This document shows, piece by piece, positions 23,355 to 35,700 of a stretch of 64,000 bases of DNA. The notes below the pieces were generated by a model that worked only from the letters and a program-made list of their open reading frames with translations, was not told the DNA's origin and did no database searches. How positions within the stretch are numbered: the stretch's first letter is position 1; each line of letters begins with the position of its first letter. The stretch lies in the NCBI RefSeq assembly GCF_024521635.1, contig NW_026250415.1, forward strand, positions 496,001-560,000, read 5' to 3'. This DNA comes from Tricharina praecox (lineage: Eukaryota). The position numbers and the translations under genes were made by a program.

Positions 23355-23759
23355 TAGCACCCGTGGGCTGGCACCGTCCATTCATGCCGTGTCGCGACTC
23401 GCGAATTCATGCCTTGCCTCGTCCCGTCCCGTCCATCAATGCGAACGCAACGACTCGAACCGAACCATAACTATCCACTCCGTCATCGCCCCAGAGTCCG
23501 AATCCGCACAGGGCGAGGTTAATGCATGCATGCACGTCATCTCCGCTTCCGGGCGATCACTTTCGCTTCTCCGGAATCCGTGTTGGATGATCATCGCCTT
23601 GTTTTTTTTCTTCATGGATTCATACATGGTGTCTATTATGGGACATCAATTGAATTCAATTCGCATTTCACACTCCGCATTTCACTCCCATCCCTCAAAG
23701 AAAAAACCAAACCCAAGTAAGCATTCCAACTCTCCACAACTCCAAAGCAACAACCCCCA
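23355..23759. repeat. Right arm of the ~400-bp inverted repeat, lying in the SPRY gene 3' region
   Basis: Reverse-complement match to 21108-21500; starts a few nt after the SPRY stop codon. Confidence 0.95.
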
Positions 23760-23763
23760 GCCC

Positions 23764-25041
23764 CTAATACCCCATCCCGCTCCCACTCCCACTCCCACTC
23801 CCACTCCCACTCCCACTCCCACTCCCACTCCCCGCCCCATCTGGCAAAAACCTAACCTGCACCTTAACGCCGCCGCCCCAGACACCCACGGCCGCATACA
23901 CATCGCAGGCGCCTTCGAGTCCGGGGAGGGGATCATTCTCCTCTTTTCCATCTCTAAACTCATCGAGGCGCCATCCGTCCTCATTCACGCCATTTCTCGT
24001 GAACCACACCCTCCTCCCGCCGTCGCCCTGACCACCAAACGCCATACCCAGGCCGACCCTCTCGCCCTCGCGGAACGGCCGCACGAAGTCTCGGCCGCCG
24101 TACGCGTCATTCGTGTACCGCCGCCCGTCATCGCCGTGCACGCCCACGCTGCCGCGATTCCAGCCTGGCAGCCGGAACCCCGGGTATGGCACCGCCACGA
24201 AGCCGATCGCTACCGCCGCGTCCGAAGGCATCCGCTCTACGGATATCTCGAAGTATATCTCTCTGCCCCGCCCCCCGCTACCCCCCTCTTTGCTCTTCCC
24301 CCCCTCCCCTGCGCCGTGGTGGTAGTGGTGGTGGTACCCAGCCGCATAAAGCGGCAGCGCCGAAACGAGGCAGCAATCAGCACACCCCGGCGCAGTCGCC
24401 ACATTGACCACATTCCCCGTGCCCCCACCCGCACCCGCCCCCGTGCCTGCAGTAATCAACCCTCTAAACCACCCCGGCGGCGGTGCGAGTCCGATCTCGC
24501 CGCGCGATATGGCCGCAAGCGTGGCGGCCGTGAACCGAGACGGCGGCGAGAGCGCGTGCGCGTCCGTGAACGCCCAGCCGGCGTCCGCAAGGTCCGCGGG
24601 CGCGTTGGATGTGGGCGATGACAGGTGTAGTGCGTGGAAGAGCGGGGGTGGGAGGTCGTCTTCTTCGGCACCTTCGGGCTCGCCGCCTTCGGTGAATGCG
24701 GGGAGGGGTGAGAACGCGGGAGGTGGGTACGGCGGAGGAAGGAAGGGGTTGTTGCTGTTGGTGCTGGGCGGCGGGCCCGGAGGCGGCGCGTACTCGTCTG
24801 TACTGTGTTGGCGTGATTTCTCCTGCGCCGGTGGCGGGCCTGGAGGTGGCGCGTACTCGCTCGTACTGGGTTGGTGTGATTTCTCCAGCGGAGGGCCCGG
24901 AGGTGGCGCGTACTCGCTCGTACTGGATTGGGAGGGCTGGTACGGGTTCGGCGCAGGATACGGATCTGGCGGCGGCCGGTCCGGGTGGAAGCCGTTGTTG
25001 TCCGACTTGCCGTAGCCAAAGAGTTTGCGGATACGTGACAT
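23764..25041 (-). CDS. SPRY-domain protein (Ssh4/Ear1-related, no TM helix) with a Pro-rich PY-motif N-terminus
   Basis: IYFEI, AIGF..PYP.FRLPGW.RGS.GVHGDDGRRY, F..G..VGLG, WFTRNG, DVYAAVG; PPPPY; three EYAPPPGPP units. Confidence 0.88.
   Translation of the reverse strand: MSRIRKLFGYGKSDNNGFHPDRPPPDPYPAPNPYQPSQSSTSEYAPPPGPPLEKSHQPSTSEYAPPPGPPPAQEKSRQHSTDEYAPPPGPPPSTNSNNPFLPPPYPPPAFSPLPAFTEGGEPEGAEEDDLPPPLFHALHLSSPTSNAPADLADAGWAFTDAHALSPPSRFTAATLAAISRGEIGLAPPPGWFRGLITAGTGAGAGGGTGNVVNVATAPGCADCCLVSALPLYAAGYHHHYHHGAGEGGKSKEGGSGGRGREIYFEISVERMPSDAAVAIGFVAVPYPGFRLPGWNRGSVGVHGDDGRRYTNDAYGGRDFVRPFREGERVGLGMAFGGQGDGGRRVWFTRNGVNEDGWRLDEFRDGKEENDPLPGLEGACDVYAAVGVWGGGVKVQVRFLPDGAGSGSGSGSGSGSGSGSGSGMGY
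23780..23832. repeat. (ACTCCC)n hexamer encoding the poly-GS tail
   Basis: About eight tandem units; reads (GGGAGT)n on the coding strand. Confidence 0.9.
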
Positions 25042-26091
25042 TGCGATTGAGGTGGTTGTGGTGCTGGTGGCGAGAGGGGTGTGATCTGGATCGTGAATGT
25101 GGGGAACGTGGAGTGTGGGGTACGGGGTAGTTACGGGGTACGTGGGGTTTAAGTACGCCGTTGATGTGATGTGATGTGCTGCAGGGACCGACCAGCTCGT
25201 GCTAACTGAAGCTAACTGAAGCTATTTACCTTGGTGGTGTCGTCATGGTGCGTGTACCGCACCTGACCCGACGGCTGACTTGGCTGGCTTCAAAGTTCCA
25301 AGGCTTCCCGTGATCAATGATCATCGCGGCCCAGCCGTCCAACCGTCCAAGCGTGCCTTTGCGGAACGTTGCTCACCGACAAAAGTGTGAATAACAATGG
25401 CACCAGCTGATTCCAAGTAGAGCTCTTCCAGACTCCCTTCTGCGTCAGAATACGCGAGATTATGTAGGTACATATCGACGATTCGCTATCTCAAGATTCG
25501 CTATGTATCCCACGATACCTACCAGGCACCGCATCATCTGAACAACCTCCCATTGCCCTGCGTAACCGAGATCTAGACCCTCCCCTCCACCTCATCATCC
25601 TTCTAGACCCTCCCCTCCACCTCCACCTCCATCATCCACCGCTTCCCCTCGCCCCACACCTCCCCCCTCGCCCTTATCCCCCGCTGCCCCCCACTGCAAA
25701 CGCCCGCCAAAACAAAAAACATGAAAAAAGTAAAAAAGCCAAATCGTCATAACGTGTCCCACGCAGAAAAAATGCTATCACTGTAACCGTAACTGTACCG
25801 TATGATGTCATGTATCTGATATCGTGAATGTGCAAGACATCAATATCTCAGTCCCCCCGCCGCCGTCTTCTTCCCCCACCCCCCCCCCCGTATCCCGTGC
25901 ATATATCCCAATATCCCAATATCCCAATCCCCCACCTCTAAACAAAGAAACCACATGCAACCATTAAGGACGTTCCGAAAGCAAAAGAAGAAAAGAAAAA
26001 AGAAAAGAAAATAGGTATCGCGAGTGACATCTAACCACATAACCACATAACCACAAAACAAAACAAATCTCATCCCATCCGATTCCATTTC

Positions 26092-29047
26092 TCAATGATG
26101 GCGCTGGTGCATATAGACCACGCACGTGTATCTGTGACACCAAAGTGACGTTAGCATGGTCAAAACAACGGAGTCCGCAACCCAACAAGACAAAAACAAA
26201 CTCACCCAGAGCAACACGCCGTCTCCATCCCGTGCAGACAATACGGACATCTAGTTGCACCGCCATTCTCGACCATGCCGCGATACATAGCGCTCGGGAG
26301 GTCGTGCCAGTACTATCACCACCATCATCATCAGCTATCGTTCGCGACGCAAAAAGATTTGGAAGACGGATACACACCTTGCAGCGACAACAGATGACAA
26401 ACAATTTCGCCACCGGCTTTGGCGGGGTAGGGGGTCTCGACGCGCCAACGGTGCTGGACGGCCTGGTCTTGCCCAGGTACTCGCTTGGCGGCGGGTACAC
26501 CGAGCTCGCCGAGTGCTTGGACGAGGCGATCGAGGTGTCGTGTTCCTTGCCCTTGCCCTTATCCAGCTGTTGGGGCGGCGGCGACGCCGAGTTGGGGCCG
26601 ACTTCGTTTCGTAGCGGAGACAGCGATTTCTGCTTTCTGTGGCTTGGGCTTCCCGGCGGTGGGCCCGGCAGGTTGCGCATCGACGTGACGCTGCTGTGCT
26701 GCACTGGCGTCTTGTCGCCGCCGTCGTCCTTGATGCTCGATGCCGTCGAGCCGCTGGTCTTGACGATGGTGAGCGGTGCTGTGATCTCTTCCTTCTCTTC
26801 CTTCTCTTCCTTCTCGCCATCTCGAGAATCGGGAGGGCTGGGTGGCCGACCAGTGTTCAGCTGCTCCTCTAGGAGCTTCATCTGTCTAACCGCCACATCC
26901 AGCCCCACCAGATTCTCCTCGGTGACCGAGTTCCCGGCGATTACCGGTGGCGTGGGTACCGGCTTGGGCGCGGCCACGGGCTTCGGCTCGGGATTCTTCT
27001 GATTGAATCTGGCTTCGACGCTCTTCATCTTGTCTCTGAAATTCCTCCGCGTGCTGCTACCAGCCTTGACCGGCGATTTCGGAGTCGGCGGTGGTGTATC
27101 GACTGCCTTCGAAGGAAGCGGTTCCGTCGTCGACCTCGTTGGCAATTCTGAAGGTTTGATGCCCGCTGCCGCCGCTCTCGCCGCGAACGTATTCGCCGGG
27201 CTGGAAGCGCCGCTGCCAATTCTTGTGGAGTTGTTCGACTCGGGCGAAGATCCCTGGCCGCTTGAGCTGCCCTCCGTGGGCTTCGATTTCCGGAATTCCT
27301 TATACTCCTGAGCATAGCTTTTGTGCTGCGCCTTCTCGGCACTTGGCGGGCGGGGGCTCGAGAAGCTATTCCGTCTGCGATATATCCACCCGCCGCCCGA
27401 CCCCACGCCCACCGGGCCATCATCGATCGGAGTATCTCCGCCATCTCGGCTGCTACGGTCTCCTCGCGAAGAGTTCTTCATAGCCAATTTCCAGCCCCCC
27501 ATAAACGAGCCTCGCCTCTCCTTCTTCTTCGGCTCCGGAACAGGTACTGGCGATGTTTCCCGCATGGATGTGGGCGAAGAGGATTGCGTCGATGACCTGG
27601 TGGGAAGCACTATTGGCTCCTCGGCTGTAACCGCGTGGAAGCCAAAGTCAAGTTCGATGGGACTGTGATCCGATGGTGTGGGTTCGGCCGGCTGCTGTTG
27701 TTCCTGCTGTTGTTCCTGCCGCTGTTCCTGAGGCGGTTGTTCCTGCGTCCGTTGTTCCTGCCGTTGTTCCTGCCGCTGTTCCTGAGGCCGCAATTCCAGA
27801 GGCCTTGGTGTCTGTGCCGTCTGCAAGGGCGCGATCAGAGGCAGCGGCGTCGAAGGCGCAGTTTTTGGCGTAGGCGGCGCCGATTCCACGGGCGACGGGG
27901 GATCCGGTTGCGGGGATCTCGACAGCGAGCGGGGGCGCGTTTTCCTTCCGGGGTGTTTCGGCGAGAGCGGGGGACGTTCTGGCGCGTCTTTCCAGAGCAT
28001 CGAGTCCTGGCTCGAGAACGACGAGCGCGCCGAAATGGTGACGCCCGAGAACGCCTGCTGGAAGGGTGGGAGTGGGGGCAGCACGGGGGATTGGTTCGAA
28101 GTGTCGCGAGACTGGCGTGGTGTCTGTGGTGCCTGTGACGATCGATCGCCGCTGGACCCTGACGTCGATCCGGACCCTGCAAATGGCGCGGTTGGCGGGA
28201 GGAGGAACGAGCTGTCGATCGGGAACGTCTTCGCTTTTGGTTTTAACTCTGGGAGGTGTCTTTCGTTCCCGCTGCTCTGCTGGTATGCGTCTATGACGTG
28301 CTGTGGTCTGGGAGGAACGGGTGGAGGAGGATCAAGAAGAGTGAAATCGGACAGGTCGGTGCAATAGCTGCCAGTCGAGTAGGACCTTTCCCTAGTCCTA
28401 GCTCTCTCCGAGGAGGCAATCAAACGGGACGGGGTGACATTATTGATATCTGAAACGGCAGCATTATAACCTGCCGATGAGAGGTTTCTTGTTGGACCTC
28501 CAATATCCGGGGGAGTAATAGCTCCATCGTACCCCGCTCCCGATCCCAAAAACCCATTAACCCTCGCTGCAACTGCAGCGGCAGCAGCAGCACTGTCACG
28601 ATCCGTAACGGCAGGTGGCTGCGGTACTGCCAGGTCCGGCGCCGGTCTCCGGAACTCATCCGGCATCCACTCATCGCGCACATTAGCAGCACGAGTTGCA
28701 TCCATGCTTTTCCTGCTGCCGGGCGTGAGAGCTCTCGAGAACCAGCCACCACCACCACCACCACCACCACTACTAGGACCACTATTGGAACGGCTCGAGG
28801 CGGGGCGCGACCTGGGTTGTGAGATGATTGACGAGGCAGCGCTAGGGAGCTTCTGATGCTTTGCGGATCCAGAAGGAGGTGGAGGATTCTTGCGACGCAG
28901 CTTCCTCATGCCCTTCTTAGGGGCTTCTTCCTGCACTGCACGCACGCCTCCACCTCTACCCCCAGCTCCACCTCCACCTCCACATCCACCCCCACTACCG
29001 TTGATGCTAGGGACCTCGGGAGCGAGGAGCGGTGCAAGCGCAGGCAT
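26092..29047 (-). CDS. Large Pro/Ser-rich disordered protein with a C-terminal Cys/His putative zinc-binding domain
   Basis: Introns 26313-26377 and 26132-26205 give KPVAKLFVICCRCK|YWHDLPSAMYRGMVENGGATRCPYCLHGMETACCSG|YTCVVYMHQRHH*. Confidence 0.85.
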
Positions 29048-30042
29048 TATGGAAGTGATGTGTGATGTGATGTGAGCTGCTGATCTGCGTGGGCGTAATG
29101 GTGGGCGTAATGGTGGGCGTGGGCGGGGGCGGGGGGGTGTTTGAGCTCGTGCCTAAAGTGTTTTCTCTGTTATGATGTGTCGCACCGTTGCACCGGGCCA
29201 AATGTAGTCACCTCGCGGTGGAGAGGAAAAAAATATAGTATCGGGAAACGCGAGGCGAAGAGTAAGCCGAATAATTACTGGCAATTAAAATGAGGCCTGG
29301 GTGGGGTTGCTGCTGCGGCTGCGGCTGCGGCTGGGGGTTGGCAGCTGGGCTGGGGCTGAAGGTTGAAATGAAGGTTGAATGGAGGGCTGAGGGTTGGAAC
29401 TTGGAAGAGCTGCCGGATTATCTAGCTATCTACATGGAAGGTGGTGGCGGTGGTGGTGGTTTTGGCAGGAGAAACTCTTCTCGTCGTTGGCGGCAGGCAG
29501 GAGGTTGAGTATGGTATGTAGAGTAGAGTAAGGATGACGAGCGGCAGCGGCAGCAACAGCAGCAGCAGAGTCTGGGAATTAAAAGAGCTTGGGGGTGAGA
29601 GCAACACGCAGCTGAGCTGATCGCTGACAGGTGGGTTGGGGTGGTGTGTGTGTGTGTGTGTGTGGAACGGGATTGCGAGGTGATGTGATGTGATCTGTAT
29701 GTGGATGTGTATGTTGTGTATGTGGATGTATGTGGATGTATGTAGGACGAGACAGCTCAGTTGGCAGGTGCTTGTGTTATCTGCCAGCCTTTTGCGGGCG
29801 GGCGGGAAAGGACAACGGGAGAGGGGGGTGAATGGGAACCGAAACGAACGACGGCGGCAGCAGCAGCAGCTGGAGCAAAGGAGACAAAGCGACCGCGAAC
29901 GAAGGAAGGAAGGAAGGCACTGGGTGACAAGGGAAGGGAAGAGAGGATGAGCGAAGATTTACAGTGCCGGTGTGGTGGGTACGGTATGGTACTCTACAGG
30001 ATGTGCAGTGCAGCAGCGAGGTGAACAGGCGTCGGGCGGCCC

Positions 30043-30145
30043 TTCTATTTTTTTCTTCTATTTTTCTTCTATTTTTCTATTTTCTATTTTTCTATTTTCT
30101 ATTTTTCTATTTTCTATTTTCTATTTTCTATTTTTCTATTTTTCA
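30043..30145. repeat. (TTTTTCTA/TTTTCTA)n tandem repeat
   Basis: About 12 units of 7-8 nt. Confidence 0.9.
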
Positions 30146-32670
30146 TTCGGTTTTATCTTCTCGAAATATGGGGCGGCGGGCGGGCGACATGGGGGATGGA
30201 AGGAGGGAAGTTCTTGAGTTGCCAGCTGTAAGAAAGCGCATCATTCGCTGGCTGGCCGTGATGGGAGCTGCAGCTTTACTCTAGAACGAAGCGGTGTGTA
30301 GAGTACCCAAGTAGAGTAGGTACCACCATAGAACACACACACCATCGCTTCCAGCGAATCATCGTCACCGAATCGTGCCCCCGATCCAATCGATAACTGG
30401 GCAAATCGGTGTGGTTATCCACTGGAGCAGATCTTCCCGCGACCGTCCGGGTGTGCACCAGTAGAGTACTCTAACTACGTGGATCGGTGGCGCGCTTTGG
30501 GAAGTTGCTTGCTTCATGCACCGAACACGTCAATACGTGTGTACCACCACCAGAGTGGTTAGCTGGAGAAAGGCGAGAAAGGCACCAATTGCCACGCCCA
30601 AGGCATGTGGCATATCTGGCGATGAACATTGAACACCCTTGTAGCGACTCTTCAGGGAGTCTTCAGGGCGCGTTCCGGGAGAAGAGAAGTATCGAGATTC
30701 TACATAGAGCAGTTAACGAAGCACTTACCTGCCTATAAGCGGATGGTTACACGCTCGCTCGCCTCCACAATATCCATATATGTTCATATATGGGCATTGA
30801 AGGGCTAGTTGCTACCATCTTGCCAAGTATATACATATCAGTTGGGGCGGACATCTTCGATCTCTCCTCCTCTATGTATGTCGGTTCAGTCCCCTCCCTC
30901 CCCCACGTTCCATCTTGAAGATCATAGGTGCAGTGTGTTATGTATAGCAAAGTGGTTAGCCCGTAGGCATAATATGTACAGGTATAGGTACTTGGGTACC
31001 GTATCGCGCGGCCCGATGTTACAGTTACATACAGCGCGGGGGATGAACCTGTAACGATGGGTACTTGAGCACTCAGCAAGAGATTCAGCCCAGCTGCCCA
31101 GCTGCCCAGGTCCCGCTTCTCTTCCACTCAATCTCGGATCCGGAGATACGGCTGCGTGGGGAGTACGTACCTGAGCCAATGCCGGCTATGTGGGGCGAGA
31201 CTGGGTACCATGTACTCTATAGTATGTATCATACTATAGTATAGGCAGTATAATCGTATAATGGACATGGGAACTCTGCTCGAGCAATTCATGGACTGTA
31301 ATTTGTGTGTCCAGACTCCAGACTCCACTGTTCATTCGGAAAAACGCCCGTAGGACCGTAGGTATGTAAGATCGCAGACGAGCTGAAACTTGCCATATAG
31401 AGTGGTTATGATGCTAATCCAACCCGAAGGATGAAGGGAACACATTCGAGTTCGAGTAGGAAGGTAGGTGGGAGGTAGGTACGTACCTACATATCTAAGC
31501 TGTCACTTCGGCGATTGAAGTGATCCCCATAAAAGCCAAGCCTCTGCACGGGCATTCCTGGAGATGTTGGAAAACTACATCAACTTCGTGGGCCTGTAGG
31601 TAGAGTACCTACCCATAGGACTGGCCCAGCGGTGAGAAGGGTTCCTGTCGAGTACCTAGTTGAAGATTTCGCCACGGCGGGCATAAACTTCCTTGACCAG
31701 TCCTTTCTCTCCGCCAGCCCCACGGCGAAAATACCTTGCAGACCACGGATAATCACCCATCCAGTTGTCCCTTTGGTATGAACCGTAGGTATATGGTCGC
31801 CGATCCGTGGAGAAGACCATTGACCGCGGTTATCCTCGCCCAGAAGTTAGAACTGCAAGATTGGTGGTCTGCCACTGGTCTCATCGACTGTACTTTTTCC
31901 CAGCAGGGTCCGACACGTTTTGGAAGACCCCCGAACCCCCAGCCAATCTAGAAGGCGGTTCCAGCATCCATTACTAGGTAAGCAGGTCTGTAGGAAGGTA
32001 TTCTTTGACCGTTGCAGTGGTTACCGGTCTGCTTGGTGGGACACGTGGTATGGTACTTACCATTTCCTGGAACTACATACTCATAGAAAGAACTCGGGGA
32101 GCCCCACGTGATTTTGTGATCAGTGCGTCTCAATGGAGATATTTCAAGTACATAACTCGGCTCCCAGTCGAAATGAATGGATATTCTCTCGTAAAAAGCG
32201 ACGGGGGCAGGCCTGGCATCAGCGGACCTACCTGCAGCAGTGAGCGGCAGTGAGAAAATCTCGTGGGTTTCATCCTACCTCGTGGCACCGGTACCGGTAT
32301 GGGCCAAGGATGCACCTGCCCAATTTTCCTGAGATAATTGTATGTCCATACAAGGCGCAAGGCACAAGGCATCTCGGCTGCATCCTGCCACGTGGGGGCA
32401 CCAAGCTTCCCAGCTTCACGGAAACTCTGAGGGTAATACTGTTCACGACCATATATTTCTCCCAGGAATAATGACTGATGAATCCGTCAAAATATGGCCT
32501 CGCGGACGCCATTGATGGGGTGACGGACGGCTTGGAACCAGGTGATGGAGGTTGGCGGTGATCTCAATAATATGCTCCCGGTATTCAGCCCTATCGGCCT
32601 CGGCGCCTCGCAACCGGCGTCAGCTGAGTGCAGGCTGAGGGCGCGGCGAGATCCGTTGCTGCTGTCTGTC

Positions 32671-32775
32671 TCCTCATCCTCCTCCTCATCCTCCTCCTCC
32701 CCCTCCTCATCCTCCTCCTCCTCCTCCTCCTCCTCCTCCTCCTCCTCCTCGTCGTCGTCGTCGTCGTCGTCGTCG
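32671..32775. repeat. Compound microsatellite (TCC)n(TCG)n
   Basis: About 35 trinucleotide units. Confidence 0.95.
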
Positions 32776-35700
32776 ATGTTGACGGACGATGAGTGGAAGG
32801 AATGAAGCCTTCAATTTCCTGCAGGTTGTTCCCAAACAAGGCAGCCCAGCCTGGGATGCAGTAAATGCAGCCATTGAACAGACACGAAAAGCGCCGCGGG
32901 CGTCTCGACTCTCAATCAACGAAGAAGACGGAACATTCCGCAAAAAAACTTCAATTCGCGGTGACATGTCTGCACGTACTCACTGGTACAAGGGAGGTAC
33001 ATCTGCAGGTGATTGCTGGACGGCCGCCGGCGTGCACATGTCTGCGGCGTGCGTGCGAAGTAACAAGTTGGTCACACGAAAACGCCGCCGGCTGGGCATG
33101 ATGTAACTTCACAGGCACTGGCAGCGAGTGCTCGCCGCCCGGCGCCAGGACATGTGTCGGAAGACATCAATCGCCCCCCCTAGACACGGTAGTTGTACCT
33201 GAGCCAGCAGCCACTGGCGGCCAGTGTAGAAAAACACAACCACTCACCATCGCGGCCCCCAAGAAGACGGCACGAACCCACGAACTCGTGCAGACATTGC
33301 ATTCGGCCGGATTTCGATGCCGCTGCTGCACTAGAGTAGGTATAAGGTACATACACCACTAGACTCCACGACGCAATACGGCAGCGTGGCGATAAGGTGC
33401 CCGCTCCAAAGTCTACTCGATCGGGACTTTCTTTCGCATCCGAGATCGGCGCGATGGGCTGGCTGTGATTCAATGGTTTTGGTTCATGGCGCCGCGCTGC
33501 ATCGTTACGTTGGTTAAGCCCCGATCGGGTCTGTCCGACTCTGGGGTCTGCTCGGAGTCTGGTTGGATTCGTTTCAGCGCCTTCGAAGTTCGGCAACGTT
33601 GAGGCCAAGTCCAAAAATAGAATAACCTAACGCCGGGGAAATTGGAAAACGGCGAGGCGAGAGTCGAGACTCCATCACTCGACGTTGGGCGCTGGGTCGC
33701 GTCCAGTTTTTCTTTCTTTTTCTTTGGGTTGAATCGTGCTGGATCGTGTGGGGAGGGCAAGAGATGCTGATGGTCATGGCGGATAAACTTGGCTACTCCA
33801 ACTAGAGGTCGCACACAACCCGCATGGTTTTCGAGTTCTCATCACGCCGGTACCGGTATCAGCCTCAGCCTTCAGGTCGGTGATCAGAGATCTTATGGTG
33901 GTACGGAACGGCAGCTGATAGGACGCTCGCAGCTGGAGTGCAGAACAGAAGACATGAATAGGCAGCATACATCTTACCGTCCTGTCTGGACTCTGTCACT
34001 CTGATTCTCCCAGGTTACATGGCCGCAGAACAAACTGCTGACCTGTGCAAACAGGGCAAGTGCTTAGTGCTGTGTACAAGGCTGAACTTTGCGGTATGCA
34101 TCCACATGCCTACATCGTTGATTGCTCGACCAGCCAGCTCATGAACACCACTCTCGTCTTCGGACAACAGTGTGTGGCTTCTCGTCAAAGCCACGATACT
34201 GCTCTACAATTTCCTTTCACGGGGCCGTATTATGTCCCGAGATGACGATGGTAACCAACTACCTGCCGTGTCCCTTAAAACCCCCCAAAGGAGGTCACTG
34301 CTCTGACCACCGAGCTGAGCCTTTTTTACGATACCTTCATCCATGCCATCCATTCATCCATCTATCCATCCACTTATGTCACCTAGTGGATGTACGGTGT
34401 ATCCATTGGTTTGCAGTAGGTATCGTAAATTGCAATCTCTTCAGTCCATCAACAGGTTTCCTCCAGATCTCGAAAGGATCTTGGAATTGCCAGGGTCCCG
34501 TCCAGAAATCAGATCCTTCGAGTGGCTGCGTACATGGCTGTCTATGTAGGTACGCTACCGGCATCTGCACGATGGGAGAGTCATGGGGATTCATTGGCCA
34601 AGTGTTTGTCGTCGTGGGGAATCGGGATGCGAACTTGAACACTCAGCCTGCTATCTTGCTGTGGAACCTGACGGCCTAGTAGTACGTAAATTTGATCCGG
34701 TCCCCGCTGGGCCTCCGCACACCGTAACCCCGCCGGGCCGACAAACAGATTAAACCGGCAGCTCCCATGGGTCGTAATCTCCCGCGTCGTACTACCTACC
34801 TGACACTGTGTACGACAGTACGAGCTTCCCCCCGAGTACTCCCCGAGGGCCAGCGGCTGAGAGGATGCAAACAGTCTGGTGGTATGTAACACGACGGATC
34901 ACGTAAACGTTATACATACCTCAATAAGTACTGATCCAGTACTGATCCAGCACTGGTCGGCTATGCATGTAGGCCTCCGCGCCGTGTGCAGCTCAGATAC
35001 CGGTACCGATGACCGGAGCCCTAGGTAGACGATGTCGGATGTCTACTTACATCTTACTTAGCCGAGGCTTGAATCCATCATATCCTGTCAACTCCGTCAC
35101 GTCAGCAACTGTCTATCATACTTGGGTAGTTAATGGGCTGACATCTACGGATTATGTGAGAAGTAGGCTGCTGGCAAGGCAAGGCAATTATGCGGTATGC
35201 GGTATGCGGTAGGAGGTAATTCTAGGCGGTTAGTTAGTTGGGACGTGATTATCCCTACGGGTTCAAATTTCAGCCCCAACGTATTGTACATACGTACGGT
35301 AAAAGTAAGTGGATACGAAGATGACCGAATGACCGCGGCATCGACTAATAAATAGCAGATATTCCGCACGAAATCAGCGGCAGTAATACGACTATATATG
35401 TCTTGCCTTATTGCCGTATATACCATTGAGGCCACACGCCGATGGGGCGCGGATATTACCATGCGCGGTACGTCCAGGATTACCGGAGGAGCCGCCACAT
35501 GTTCGCCGTCATGCGGTACCGGCCCCCCGCGTTCCCGATTTCCGCTTATTTTTTTCTTTTCTTGTTATAACCAGTGAGTGCCACGGCCACTCGGGATCGA
35601 GATGGCATGTTCCCCATCCCCGTGTAGTACAGCGAGCGGGTATTTCCGTCGCATCCATGCCGAGTCATCGTCCATCACTGTGCCCACCCGTTGCCGCAAT

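Noticed and set aside
23299-24621. 440-aa + strand ORF
   Set aside because: Antisense shadow of the GC-rich SPRY gene plus the inverted-repeat arm; TTG start and no domain
32542-32967. Poly-Ser, poly-Arg and poly-Gly ORFs
   Set aside because: Products of the (TCC)n(TCG)n microsatellite
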